A stretch of 64,000 bases of DNA from Scyliorhinus canicula (Eukaryota), in assembly GCF_902713615.1 (NCBI RefSeq), contig NC_052158.1, forward strand, positions 40,043,729 through 40,107,728, in the 5' to 3' direction. The notes beneath the pieces are model-generated. The model saw only the letters and a list, made by a program, of their open reading frames with translations. It was not told the DNA's origin and searched no databases. Each line of letters begins with the position of its first letter. Positions within the stretch are counted from its first letter, which is position 1. Shown here piece by piece: positions 46,822-59,900 of this stretch. Position numbers and translations under genes: made by a program.

Positions 46822-48404
46822 CTGTCAGTGAACAGACATAATCAATAATCAATCATTTCCTGGTAATTCGAGATCTCCTTTCAGGTGGGAATATATTTAC
46901 CTAATTACTGTTTGAATAAATGGGATGGGATCGGGTGAGATCTGGAGGTGGGATTTATGGAGCCGACAAGAGTGGGCGACACGGTGGGGGGGGGGGGTGT
47001 GACTTCATTGGGTGGGATGTGAAAATTAAATTTCCCCCCCTGGGTTTGAGATGCTGAGGTCATGTCAGTGGCGGGCTTGTGGTGTGTCGAGCAGGATTGT
47101 GACGTGTTATTGCGCGAATACATTTACACCCCATGAATATTCATCAATGAGAACAGTTTGTATAAGGTCCTATCTTCATAATAATGTCAATGGCGCACGG
47201 GAATCATGGGCCACCCAGTTAATGGCCATTTAACAATGATGGGCACCAGTCAGTTTTGTGTTTAAGGTCAGTTGTCCTCGCTTAACTCTGGAGCTCAATG
47301 GAGGGAAGCAGGAGAATGGCCACTTGAGCCTCAGGACCGGGAAGGTAGGTTTGCCGGGTGGGATCGAGATCATTGAGTAGCGTAAAGAGTTACCGGGGGA
47401 GGATGGAGGGTGGGGTTGGGCCATGGAGCAGTGAAGTCGGAATGTCCTGGCTTCCTGGGTGCAGTGTGGGATGGGGGAGAGGGGGGGGGGGGGGGGGTGA
47501 CCAAGGGAAGGTAATAAGAGGCTACAGCAAACCAACTGTGTGCCTATCTCAGGAAGCTGGATGGAAAAGTTGTTCCAGGACTTTGGGACATTTCAGTTTT
47601 CTCTGCTGTAGAGTAAAGGGTTGACATCAGAAGAACCCGAGCCTGATGGAACGACATATGTCACGACACAAGTCTCAGTGTTAATTACACAAATTCAAAA
47701 TCCAGCCTGTGTTTCTACGGGTGTGATTCAGTGGCCGCGTTGCGCTCAAGTGAGAGTGAGGCCATTGAATAGCGGGAGAGACGACAAACGAGAACTGCGC
47801 TGGGCACTAACCCGTTCGTGATATAACCGGCCCGCTCCCGGAGGTGAAATCAGGATCATGCTGCAGCGTGGCGAGAAACCAACGATCACCACTTCAGGCC
47901 AATCGCCATCCAATTAATGAGAGGCACCCCCTATACAACGGCCCCCTGTGATCCAATAGCCTCCCCAGCAAGTGGTCACACGGGCGGCGACTAGTGCTCC
48001 TGTTTAAAAATGTGAACCTGGCGTAAAGGCTGCTGCGGGGACAGAGGAGGTGAGTAGGTATCTTCATTCACAGGCAAAGATCCCAGGGGCACTGGGGTCA
48101 TTGCCTGTGCTCAGAGAGGGGTGGAGGGGCAACAGGGGGTGGGGAACAGCCTTGGTTGGGGTGTGCCGCCCCGGCGGTGGGGGTTCCAGAATAAGGTGGT
48201 ATGTGTGATGGCAACCGCACGTGGGTCCGTCATGTCAACGCCTGGATCGTGTATACCAGTGCTGGGGGCAGCCCAACGCTCTGCCAGTCTGTCCCACTGT
48301 CACCCATAATTCCAACAGACCGCAGAAGCCTCCGGCCGTGCGGCTGAAGGCTATTGCGAACTGGGAATTGGCCATAGTAGTTAACTGAGCAATTCACACA
48401 TCCC

Positions 48405-50035
48405 AAGTGGATCCCCGTGGGTAGGCGTGCCATGCAGCATGTGGGAGGATCCCCGTGGGTAGGCGTGCCATGCAGCATGTGGGAGGATCCCCATGGGTAG
48501 GCGTGCCATGCAGCATGTGGGAGGATTCCCGTGGGTAGGCGTGCCATGCAGCATGTGGGAGGATCCCCGTGGGTAGGCGTGCCATGCAGCATGTGGGAGG
48601 ATCCCCATGGGTAGGCGTGCCATGCAGCATGTGGGAGGATTCCCGTGGGTAGGCGTGCCATGCAGCATGAGGGAGGATCCCCGTGGGTAGGCGTGCCATG
48701 CAGCATGTGGGAGGATGCCGTGGGTAGGCGTGCCATGCAGCATGTGGGAGGATCCCCATGGGTAGGCGTGCCATGCAGCATGTGGAGGGATACCCATGGG
48801 TAGGCGTGCCATGCAGCATGTGGGAGGATCCCCGTGGGTAGGCATGCCATGCAGCATGTGGGAGGATCCCCCGTGGGTAGGCGTGCCATGCAGCATGTGG
48901 GAGGATCCCCCGTGGGTAGGCGTGCCATGCATGTGGGAGGATCCCCGTGGGTAGGCGTGCCATGCAGCATGAGGGAGGATCCCCGTGGGTAGGCGTGCCA
49001 TGCAGCATGTGGGAGGATCCCCGTGGGTAGGCGTGCCATGCAGCATGTGGGAGGATCCCCGTGGGTAGGCGTGCCATGCAGCATGTGGGAGGATTCCCGT
49101 GGGTAGGCGTGCCATGCAGCATGTGGGAGGATCCCCATGGGTAGGCGTGCCATGCAGCATGTGGGAGGATTCCTGTGGGTAGGCGTGCCATGCAGCATGT
49201 GGAGGGATACCCATGGGTAGGCGTGCCATGCAGCATGTGGGAGGATCCCCGTGGGTAGGCATGCCATGCAGCATGTGGGAGGATGCCGTGGGTAGGCGTG
49301 CCATGCAGCATGAGGGAGGGTCCCGTGGTAGGCGTGCCATGCAGCATGTGGGAGGATCCCCGTGGGTAGGCGTGCCATGCAGCATGTGGGAGGATCCCCG
49401 TGGGTAGGCGTGCCATGCAGCATGTGGGAGGATCCCCGTGGGTAGGCGTGCCATGCAGCATGTGGGAGGATACCCGTGGGTAGGCGTGCCATGCAGCATG
49501 TGGGAGGATCCCTGTGGGTAGGCGTGCCATGCAGCATGTGGGAGGATCCCCGTGGGTAGGCGTGCCATGCAGCATGTGGGAGGATTCCCGTGGGTAGGCG
49601 TGCCATGCAGCATGTGGGAGGATCCCCGTGGGTAGGCGTGCCATGCAGCATGTGGGAGGATCCCCGTGGGTAGGCGTGCCATGCAGCATGAGGGAGGATC
49701 CCCGTGGGTAGGCGTGCCATGCAGCATGTGGGAGGATGCCGTGGGTAGGCGTGCCATGCAGCATGAGGGAGGATCCCCGTGGGTAGGCGTGCCATGCAGC
49801 ATGAAGGAGGATCCCCGTGGGTAGGCGTGCCATGCAGCATGTGGGAGGATCCCCGTGGGTAGGCGTGCCATGCAGCATGTGGGAGGATTCCTGTGGGTAG
49901 GCGTGCCATGCAGCATGTGGGAGGATTCCTGTGGGTAGGCGTGCCATGCAGCATGTGGGAGGATCCCGTGGGTAGGCGTGCCATGCAGCATGTGGGAGGA
50001 TCCCTGTGGGTAGGCGTGCCATGCAGCATGTGGGA
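48405..50035. repeat. 38-bp minisatellite, about 43 copies
   Basis: Unit GGGAGGATCCCCGTGGGTAGGCGTGCCATGCAGCATGT. Confidence 0.97.
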
Positions 50036-50384
50036 GTTACTGCTGAGCCTCCCAATCAGACTGTGAAGCCTAAACACTGTGCATCAACCCTGCATGAAGC
50101 AACACAAGGGACACAGTGGCCAACTTCCCAATACCCAGGGAATGGGTCACAGCTCCGGGGACATGTCCGCAGCTGGAGGGTGGGTGGGGAAACTAGCGGC
50201 CGGTCCAGGTAATGCTACGTACGGGTATCTGGGTCTGGTGAGCAGAGGCCTCTGCTGTGGCTGGATGTGCCGAGCTTGGGAGGGAGGGTGGGGGCAGGGA
50301 GCAATGGTGGCTGCAGTGTCCTGGGGTGGAAGACATCGCAGTTTTACAGTCTCACATCCTCTCCCCTTTCTTAACAGATATCAA

Positions 50385-51590
50385 ATGGTGAGGACGATGT
50401 TGCGGACCCTGCGGGACCTACCCTAGTGATGCTGCTGGCAGGCTGGGCAGCCAGACACTGGAGAAGGCGGCGGCAACAGTGTCGACAGGGCTCAAAGTGG
50501 CAGCCTACGTGCAGGGCCTCGCTCCACACCCTGAGGCCCTGGCCATCAGGCCAGGGTGCGACCCAGAGGAAAATGCCCACGACGGGTCAAGGTGTACAGG
50601 CTTCATGGGTCTTTCGAACAGAAAATGGGCAGTGTGTGCCGTAGGAGGCGCCACCTCAACAAGGAGATGGTGCAGCACCTGTGCCATGTCCTCGCAGACT
50701 TGGTACCACTTGGAGAAGGAGGATACCCATTCCCGGTGGCCGTCAGGGTCACCGCTACCTTGAATTTCTACGCCTCCGGATAATTCCAGGGCTGAAGTGG
50801 GGACCTGTGCTGCATCTCACAAGCTTCAGCCCATAGGTGCATCCGAGAGGTCACGGATGTCCTGTTTGACCGGGCAGAGAACTATATCCACTTCAACTTG
50901 GACCCAGGCCCAGCAAAATACCTGGGCAGCAGTTTCCTCCACCATCTCTGGGATGCCCCAGGTCCAGGGGCTAATAGATACCACGCATGTCGTCTTGCGC
51001 ACACCGGGCCATCTGTGAGTGTCCTAAGTTAACAGGAAGAACATCCACTCTCCGAACATCCAGCTCGTGTGTGACCACCACAAGCAGATCATGCACGTGT
51101 GTGCATGCTTCCTGGGGAGTGCGCACGACAGCTACACCCTGGGGCAGTCAGAGATCCCCGGCCTCTTCGAGGTTTATCCCAGGATGGCTGCAAAGCTCTT
51201 GGTGGAGGGGCCCGTGCTGAGACCTGGATAATGATGCCAGTATGGAGGCCGGTGATCAATGCAGAGACATGACACAATGAGGCCCATGTGGCCACGCGGT
51301 CTGTCTTTGAGCGGTGTATCGGACTGCTCCAAATGTGGTTCTGATGCCTCAACTGCTCTGGTGGTGGATTCCAGTACACCCCCGGAGGGTCACCCACTTG
51401 GTAGTGGTCTACTGCGTTCTCCACAACCTGGCACAGCAGCGGGGCAACGAGGAATATGTGTCCACGTCCAATGAGGACGAGGATGAAGAGGCGCCTGACC
51501 AATTGGGGCTGGAGAACGGATCCCGGAGATGTGTGGAGGACCAACCAGAGGCTGGAGGACAGGAGGCAGCGGTGAGGGTTCAGTAAGCCT
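50385..51590 (+). pseudogene. Harbinger (HARBI1-like) transposase, decayed
   Basis: PVAVRVTATLNFYASG, MPQVQGLIDTTHV, QLVCDH and VVYCVLHNLAQQRG, with an acidic end and frameshifts. Confidence 0.82.
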
Positions 51591-51839
51591 GGAGTGCCAG
51601 GGAGACCCTCATGGTTGCACGCTTCACATAGGACGGGACCTCTTCTGTCATCGAACCCCATTCTCCCCCTACCCTCTCCACGTCCCTCTGCCCTGCCGAG
51701 CACTGACCTCCCCTCTTCCCTCCCCTCCCCCATCTCACTCAATCCAGGGTGATGGAATGGCTAGCTTGCATGCAGGGATCACCCAAGTGGATGTTAGCAA
51801 GTGCTACCCTGGCAGCAGTTGAATGATACGAAGCACCAG

Positions 51840-51988
51840 CGCAGAGCGGGTCATCAGCATCCTCAATCCCATGGACCAGACCCACTGTTCCTGCCAACTC
51901 AGGGCCCGCATCCCATAGGGAGGGAGGTCGGAATCACGGAGGGGGTTGGTCGGCTGAGAATGTGAGGTGGGGGGGATGGTGGTGCTGT

Positions 51989-52056
<68 letters not shown>

Positions 52057-54056
52057 AGAGGGGGGGATAGGTTATCTGTGCCGCTGGCCAGTTGCCTAGC
52101 TGACCAACCTGGAGGCGATCATAGCGTCCTGTGTGTGTTGGCCCAGGTGCACATGCTGTACTGTCTCCTGTGCCTGCCTGGGCCCATGTCCCACCCATCC
52201 TTGCCCTCTCCCGAATCCTCCTCGTCGGACGAGGCCTGGCGTTCATCCTCCTCCTCCAGCACATCGCCCCTCTGCTGTGCGATGTTGTGGATAACTCAGC
52301 AGGCCACCACGATGTGGGCGACCCTCTCAGCATCATACTGGAGGGCCCCTCCAGAGCCGTCCAGGCACCTCAAACACATCTTCGGGAGACCGAAGCACCA
52401 CAGAATCATGCCCCTGGTCGCATCATGGGCGTCGTTTTAGCGAGTCTCAGCGTTGCTCAGTGGTCTCCGGATAGGCATCAGCAGCCACGTCCGCAGCGGA
52501 TAACCCCGGTCACCCAGGAGCCAACCCTTCACCCAGGGTTGGGCCTCTAAGGTGTCAGAATTAAGGCGTTACGCACGGTGTCTGGGTATTCGGTTTGTGA
52601 AGGCCACCCCATCATACGCCGGTGTTCGTGAGGGGACATGCGTTGATCACCCCCTGGACCTGGGCATCCTGCTGATGGCAGCGAATCTCCTTCCACGAGC
52701 AACCTGGTGGGCTCGGTTCACATTGAATTTGATGTATTATGCCAACCGGGCACATGCACCTGTGCACCGAGGTCTGTGAGATGCCAGACAGATCCCCATG
52801 TGGCGCCTGGAAAGATACGAAGGTGAAAACTTTCAGGGCGACTGTTACCTTAACGGCTACTGGGAGCGGGTGTCCTCCTCCATACCCCCACGGTTCCAGG
52901 TGTTTCATGATCCAGCAGATATGCCGTACGATCCCCCTAATCAGCCGGAGTCTTTGATGGCATACCCAACCCAGCAGATCCCCGAAATGTCAGGCGCTTC
53001 CCATCTCCTCCTTGGACTGTTGGGCGGTCGGCTCTCCATCTTCACCAACTGGCTCATTCCTTCAGAGCAGGCTCCTGCTCTGTATGGTCCTCCCCAAGCA
53101 GATCCTGATCGAACAGCCTCAGTGCATCCTCCCGGGCTGCGATGGCAACACAAAAGGCTTCCACTCCTGTTTGGATTCTGAAGTCCATTGTCTGGAGAGG
53201 GTGAAAGGCAGATATGTTAGCATGGTGCGTACCCCCGTGCACAACCAGGTCCACCGGGCTTTACAGTATCCCTGTGGTGTGGGGGGAGTGGGAGTGTGGG
53301 GTGTGGGCACCCATACAGCTGGTATCATTCTGCGCAACCATGGCCCACGGCGGGCGATCAGGGTGGCTGCCGTACAGGCCGTGGCAATGGCGGTCTGTGC
53401 TTGGAGACCCGGTTCGGGGGGGCACTCCAACCCCATGGCCCACGGCGGGCGATCAGGATGGCTGCCGTACAGACCGTGGCAATGGCGGTCCGTGCCTGGA
53501 GATCCAGTCCGGGGGGGGGCACCCCAACCCCATGGCCCACGGCGGGCGATCAGGATGGCTGCCGTACAGGCCGGGGCAATGGCGGTCTGTGCTTGGAGAC
53601 CCGGTCCGGGGGGGGCACCCCAACCCCATGGCCCACTCTCTGGTCACCCCCTGGTAATCCCCCCAGCTCTGGCAGACTAACTCCCCCCCACCCCAGCTAG
53701 CTAAGTCAGTGGTGGGTCCGGCGGCCCACGGTCGCGCCTCTGGGAACCTGTCCTACCTCCTCTCTCTCCCCCAGCAGCCAAGGCACCTGTTTCCCGTTTT
53801 CCAAAACAAGTGAAACTTGCCATCGGTAATTCCTCCTGGTGGAGGCGGAGCGCTGTGGAAGCCTCGGAGAATGCCGGGTCTGGCCCGTTAGTGATAAGCC
53901 AAAGGCGTTAACTGTACGTGTGGAGTACAACGTATTGACCCCGCTGTCAAGGCATTCTGTCGGGCGCCCTGCGCCGGCCATGATTTCCGGCTGACACACA
54001 ATTCTCTGCCCAATTATGTTTCCGATTCCGGCATCGGCCGTCGGAGAATCCTGCCC
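51840..54056 (-). mobile_element. Second Harbinger transposase-bearing fragment, opposite strand, terminus at 54056
   Basis: Minus strand PLPVAVKVTVALKVF and CLRCLDGSGGALQY..HNIAQQRGDVL; terminus GGGCAGGATTCTCC; about 96-bp repeats x3 at 53340-53630. Confidence 0.8.
51989..52055 (+). repeat. Poly-G tract of 67 nt
   Basis: Direct count. Confidence 0.9.
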
Positions 54057-54559
54057 AATGTCTCCCATTATCTACTCTCCAGGGAGCCTTCTTCATAAAC
54101 AAAATCCCATTCGCCCTGGATGACCAAGGGTCGTCCTGACTCGAAACGTTAGCTTCCTTCTCTCTCCACAGATGTTGTCAGACCTGCTGAGTTTGTCCAG
54201 TATTTTCTGTTTTTGTCCTATTAGCCCTACTTTGAGAAGCAGTAGTCATGGCTGGGATGAATTACGATCTTACTTTTCTGAGACGGTAATTATCCCTGAT
54301 GTAGCCACACAGCCAGGCTGTTTCTCAAACCAGGAGTTTAAAAAACATGAATATAGCAGTCATGCACACACTAACCCTGGCTTTAACCAATACTGCACCA
54401 AATATTTATAATACAATGCACACTATATCTGAAATATCTACACCCATCACAAGTCTAAACGTGGGGCCTGGCTGTGCATGCTGCAATGAAATCGGAGTGG
54501 GTTAGGGTCCAGAATGTGATTTTTAATACATGCCATGGTACAAACATTGGTGATAAATC

Positions 54560-56320
54560 TCTCCTCGTGCTTAAATGCAATGTGACTAGAATCTCTTCAC
54601 CCTCCTTACCCTCCTGCTACGTCTCAGTGTCTCCCCAGGTTACACAGATGAGATTGAGGTGGCCTGCTAACTGCCATGCCCTGTAGCCTGAGATACCCTT
54701 GGTAGGTACTCCCTGGGGGGCCTGGACCTTGAGGGGCTGGACCTGCCCTCGGGCCGCACATGTGTTCTCGTGCTCCCCTCCTTGGTGTGTCGCTCACAGG
54801 AACGGGGGTGTCAAATGGGATGGACACCCCCAGGGTCTACTCGGTGGAAGGCCCCAGGCTGCACTCCTGCCGATCTTCGTCCCTTTTGGCGCCCGACGGC
54901 CCATGGATTCCTCGATGGGATAGAAGGGAAGCTGGAGTGCAATACAGAAGCTCCACTGTCCTCTGGCCCTCACACCCTTATGTCTGCACCAGTGCCTGCA
55001 TCATGCAGTTGAAGCCCTGCACCACGGAGGCCATGCCCTTAGCCATGGAGGTCATGAGCTGAGTCATGGAGAGGACCCCCCCACCATGGAGTCTACGTCC
55101 TGCACTAATCTCCCTACTGCAGACGCCGGCCTTGCAGTGTTGACCTTGTTGCCTCGGAGTGACAGCAGCATCTCCTCACACAGGTGATGGGACTCCTCCA
55201 GTCGGCCTTGCATTCCGAGGGGGGGGGATGCTGTCATCACTTCCTGATGCTCGTGACTCTGTCTTTGCTCTTCCAGCGGCTCTGGGATGACCGTTGTAAC
55301 CATGGGCACGTCATCAGCCAGGTGCCCAGCAGAGTCCTGGGTTCCGGCATCCCTCCGAGGTCCAGATCCCTGGGACGTTCCTGCCTGTTGTGGATCTTCA
55401 GCTATGAGGTGCTCACCAGTGAATGACTGAGAAATCTGCCTACTAGTTATTGCCACCGAGCTGGAGGGTGCTGGTGACAGACATGATGCCTTTTCAATGT
55501 TCATCTCTGTGATGTCTCTCTTGTTTGGGACCATTGTGTCCAGAGGGCAAGAGGATGGTCAATCTGCAAGGAAAGTAAGATGGCCCTAATGCACGACATG
55601 TGCATAAGGTTGACATAAAGTTAACTCACATGAGGCTTGCACTTGACTGGATGTGTTGAGGGCTCTCAGTTTTGTCTGTTGCCCCCACCTCGCCCTCTGC
55701 ACAGGTGTGGTCCTGCTCCTCTCCGGCCAGCTCAAGGACTCTCTCCCCGAAAGGGTTGGGGATCATCAACTCAGGCATCACCCCGACAGCCTGGACCCGC
55801 CCAATCTGGCTGTGCTCGCGTTTGTCCTACAATGAGACACATGGAGAGAGAATAGGCTGGACTCGTGCCAGGTCAGATGGTAATGATATCTAACATGCGT
55901 GGGAGGCGAGTGGGAGCAGGGAGGTGAGGAGGAAGAGAGCAGATATGGGGGGATGTTGGGAAGAGGTGGGGGAGGGGGGGACAGGGTGAGTGTTGGATCC
56001 CTGTGCGATGACTGAGAGTGAGATCGCCATGGTAGTGCGGTGGGTGTGTTAAGGGGTGCGGCTGGAAACATGGAAAGCAGACTTACCCTGGCTGCATGAA
56101 GATCATTCATCTTCTTCCTACACTGGATCCCCATCCTCCTGCCACTCACTAGCTCTGCCACAGCCTCCCATGTGGTGTTGGTCACCTTGCTGACTGGCTG
56201 CCCGTGGCGAGGGTACAGGACGTTACATCTCAGCTCCATCCTGTCCAGCAGTTTGGTCCGGACCCCCTCAGAGATTCGTGGGGCTGTCTTCCTGCTTATC
56301 ATCTCCCTCCCCCCCAATTA
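54560..56320 (-). pseudogene. Decayed Harbinger Myb/SANT-like gene
   Basis: APRIS..LLDRME.R..LYP..WEAVAELVS..QCRKKMNDL followed by donor AGG|GTAAGT. Confidence 0.72.
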
Positions 56321-57177
56321 GACTGAAACGAGTGGGGGAGGGAGGGGAGGCGTTTAAAAGGAGCACTGCCCCCCCCCCCCCCCCCCCCCCCCCACCCAGC
56401 AGTGAGCTGAAGTAATGCCAGAGCGAATGAATCAGAGTCGGGGCACCTTGAGCACAGCGTGAAATCTGTTCTTTAAATGGACGATGGTCGGTGATTTTTC
56501 TCCTAGATCACACCAAAGGGATTCTCCCAGATTTTACCACTCAGACCAATACTTTGAAAAATTATCAGAAAATTCCACCCATAGTTAAAAAATATCACGG
56601 AGACGGGGGTCCGATGATGTCACACTCATTCAGAGCCCACCCCAGCAACCTGAGCTCCTGACAGATTGGGGTTCTCTTGGCACCGCAATGCCAGGGGAAA
56701 GATCAGGCGGCAGTGCCGGGGTTTGGGGGCAGTATCAGGGCAATGTCCAGGCAGTGCGTGGGTACTGTCCAGCGTACTGTCCAGGGTACATCTCTTCCCA
56801 CGGGTGGTGTAATTACCTGTGTGCCCCCCTGTGGGTTCTGTTTGCCAATTCCCAGCTTTTAAAAACTCTTGCAAAATGGCTGATATGAAGTGATGGCACC
56901 GTCAGAGATGTGATGAATGTAGGAATTTCAGATTATTGTATGTATTTAGTGCAGTAAGAGTTAAAGGCCTGGGAGAGTGTGTGACTGCTGCAGTCATGTT
57001 TTTAACAATGGTAGTTTGAAAGGCAGCTCGGCTATTTGGAGACAGAAGTGCAATTAGAGCGTCATAAAAGTCAGATCGTAATTTATTCCAGCCACTGATA
57101 TTGTTTGCTAAAGTTGGGCGAATGGAACTTTATTTATATTATGACTGTTCCCTGGGGAGTACATAATTAGAGATATT

Positions 57178-57335
57178 GGGCTGGATTCTCCAGTTCTGTA
57201 GCCGCGGGATTCTCTCTTCCCGCCGCTTCTCAATGGGATTTCCCATTGAAGCCACACCACGCTGCTGGGAAACCCACGGACAGGGGTGTGTTGTCAGCGG
57301 GAACAGAGTATCCCAACAGCTGGAGAATTCCAGCC
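57178..57335. mobile_element. Harbinger-type MITE, TSD ATT
   Basis: Termini GGGCTGGATTCTCC and GGAGAATTCCAGCC, ATT on both sides. Confidence 0.75.
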
Positions 57336-58059
57336 ATTGTGTTTAGTTTCAGTGAGATGATGTAGTTAATGGGAGGAATCAAAGTGGACTTGGATCTGAA
57401 ATGGGTGTTGTTTGAATGGGAATAAAGGTAACAATTAGGATTGTTTCATTATATTGTTAAGCATTGTTTAACTGGTAATTGAAAGCTATTGGGTAGGATT
57501 CTCTGTCCCCGTCAGCAGTGGAATCCTCCGCCCCAGCAGTCGCCCAATGGGGTTTTCCATTGTGGCAACTCCCACGCCGTTGGGAAAATCATGGGCGTGA
57601 GTGTGCTGCCGGCAAAGCGGATAATCCCGCTGACAAAGAATCCCACCGCTTGTATTTACGATGTTCAAGTAAGTAACACTGTTAGTAAGAAAGTTTGGTT
57701 CAAATTGCCCTATCCCTATTGGTGCATCAAATCACTCCTGGAGCGAAGGGAATTGGCCATGTTTAATTGCCCCTGAGTGTCACAAAGATGTATAGGTTAG
57801 GTGGAGTTATGGGGCTAAGGGGATAGGGTGGGGGAGTGGGCCTGGGTGGGTTGCTCTTTCAGAGGGTCGATGCAGACTCGATGGGCCACATGGCCTCCTT
57901 CTGCACTGCAGGAATCCTATGGTTTTAATTTCAGGTGACAATTGATGTGCGTCATGTTGCTGTTGGTGCTGCTGCAAGAATCCAAAGGCCTGTTGCTTAT
58001 TTTTCTTGAAAACTAAATACTCATTAAAATAAATATTTGACAATCGAGAAGGAGATTCT

Positions 58060-58582
58060 GGCGGGATTCTCCAATTGCCGACGCTGAAACCGCGTTCTCT
58101 GGCCAGAGAATCTGTTCTGACGGCGAGATCAGAGCCGGCGCTGTTTCTGCCATACTCTGCCCCCTCAGAAACGGCCTAGTCGAAGACTACGCTGCACGCC
58201 CAATGGACGGCTCAGGACGTCACCTGAGGCCTTCCCCGATGCTTCGAGTCCCCAAAGGCGTCACTCGCATGTTGTCTCACCGTTCGGGGACCTCACGTGG
58301 TGGCTGCGGACTGAGTCCAGCGCTGCCACACTCGCTGGGGTGGGGGCGTGTCCAAGGGATCACTATCTGGCAGGCCGATACCGTACGCAGCCGGCACCAT
58401 GTTGGACGGCTACGGACCCGGCCATTCTGCGGCCGTATCTGCAGGTAAACCGGGGGCTTTACACTACGGGGCTGCTAGCCCCCCTCCTGACAGAGGGTCG
58501 GTGTGGGGGCAGCGCCGACTTTCTGGTCATAAGACCAGACGGTTCCTGCGGACATAGCCGCAGCTTTGGAGAATCCAGTCCT
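58060..58582. mobile_element. Harbinger-type MITE
   Basis: Termini GGCGGGATTCTCC and GGAGAATCCAGTCC. Confidence 0.7.
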
Positions 58583-58982
58583 TCAGTTACCAACAATTCA
58601 TTGGACATAATTTACAGACCACAATCCGTTCCAGTTTCTGGAAATGTTTCAGGGTCAAAATGCAAGACTGTTTAGATGGAGTTTATTGTTACAACCATTT
58701 AATATTAATAAATATTTTACATGCAGCAAGAAGAGAAAACGTGATTGCTGATGCTTTATCACTAATCCGAGATGTGAAGGTGAAAACGAAAGACTGAAAT
58801 GGATTGTAATTTGTTTAAATTTGCATGCTTAAAGGAAATATTATATGTATCTTATGAAGTATTGCTCGTGTTTAGTAACGAGTAATGTTTAGAGTTGAAA
58901 GGTTTGGAAAATGAAGTCAACTTTTAATAATGGTTCTTTTCGTAAGGGGAGGTGTGATGAATGTAGGAATTTCAGATATATT

Positions 58983-59592
58983 GGGCTGGATTCTCCGTTC
59001 TGGAGAGAATCCACGGCAGCGTGAAAAGAGTGGTGTTTTACGACAGGAGAACTGGTTTTGCTGGGGGCCAGCAGGGCGGCAGCGTAGAGCACCTGGTTCT
59101 TGCTGTCGATGTGGCCTGGAGAATTGTCGGGTTCGTGGTCACGCATGCGCACGGCGGCGGCCTGCAGCGGCCGTGCTTCATGGCGGATGCTGCTCGCAGA
59201 CCTGTCCCGAAAAATAGTGGCCCCCTTCGGGCGGCTTGCGTGCCCCAGACCACCCCACCGGTGACCCCAGCCCTGAATATATCCATCCCTGCCCGCGGAT
59301 CAGCCCTCCCCGACTGTGGCGATGCTGGACTGAGTCCACAGTTCCCGCCGAGTGAGACCACAACCAACCCACGCCGTCAGGATCTCGGCCGGTTTGGGAC
59401 GGAGCATCGGGGGGTGGGCCTCAGCCAACGTACAGAGGCCCTGGATATGGCCTGTGGCATACTCTGCGACTATGCTGCTTTTCAGTGGGGGAGCATCGCG
59501 AAAGCGACGCCACCCCGGCTTTGGCATCATCGTGGATTCCCCACCCTGTCGCCGAACGCAATTTTGGCGTCAGGGATCAGGGAATCCAGCCC
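58983..59592. mobile_element. Harbinger-type MITE in the 3' LTR, TSD ATT
   Basis: Termini GGGCTGGATTCTCC and GGAATCCAGCCC, ATT on both sides. Confidence 0.82.
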
Positions 59593-59900
59593 ATTGTATT
59601 CTATGTTTTTGGTGCAGTAAGTGTTAAAAGCCTGGATTAGTGTGTGACTGCTGCCGTCAATATATCTGCTTCTTTGCAACTGTTGGGGTCGCCACTATCT
59701 GTTTTCTGACAGTTAAACAACCCTGTATCCATGCACTATATTACTTCATATCCATGTGCTCTAATTCTGCTTACTATCTTTGGGACCTAATGGGAAGCCT
59801 TTTGAAAAACCAAATACACCACATCCACTCGTCCGCCCTTATCTGCTCTTGTTAATAAAGTGTGACAATCAACACAAGGTTTCCATATGCACGACCTTAC

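Larger units (their letters stand above)
47719..56582. mobile_element. Probable large degenerate Harbinger element (plus-strand transposase, convergent Myb/SANT gene) with nested insertions
   Basis: Left end GGGTGTGATTC, right end AAAATTCCACCC. The convergent two-gene layout matches the 8375-16413 element, but pairing the two ends is an inference. Confidence 0.5.
56909..59660 (+). mobile_element. Deleted Gypsy-type LTR element with LTRs starting at 56909 and 58953, carrying nested MITEs and a SINE fragment
   Basis: TGTGATGAATGTAGGAATTTCAGA starts both LTRs. PPT AAGGGGAGG precedes 58953. RNase H-like end (RENVIADALS) near 58730. Confidence 0.7.

Noticed and set aside
48230-50077. 500-600 aa ORFs in three frames
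   Set aside because: Artefacts of a stop-free 38-bp minisatellite.
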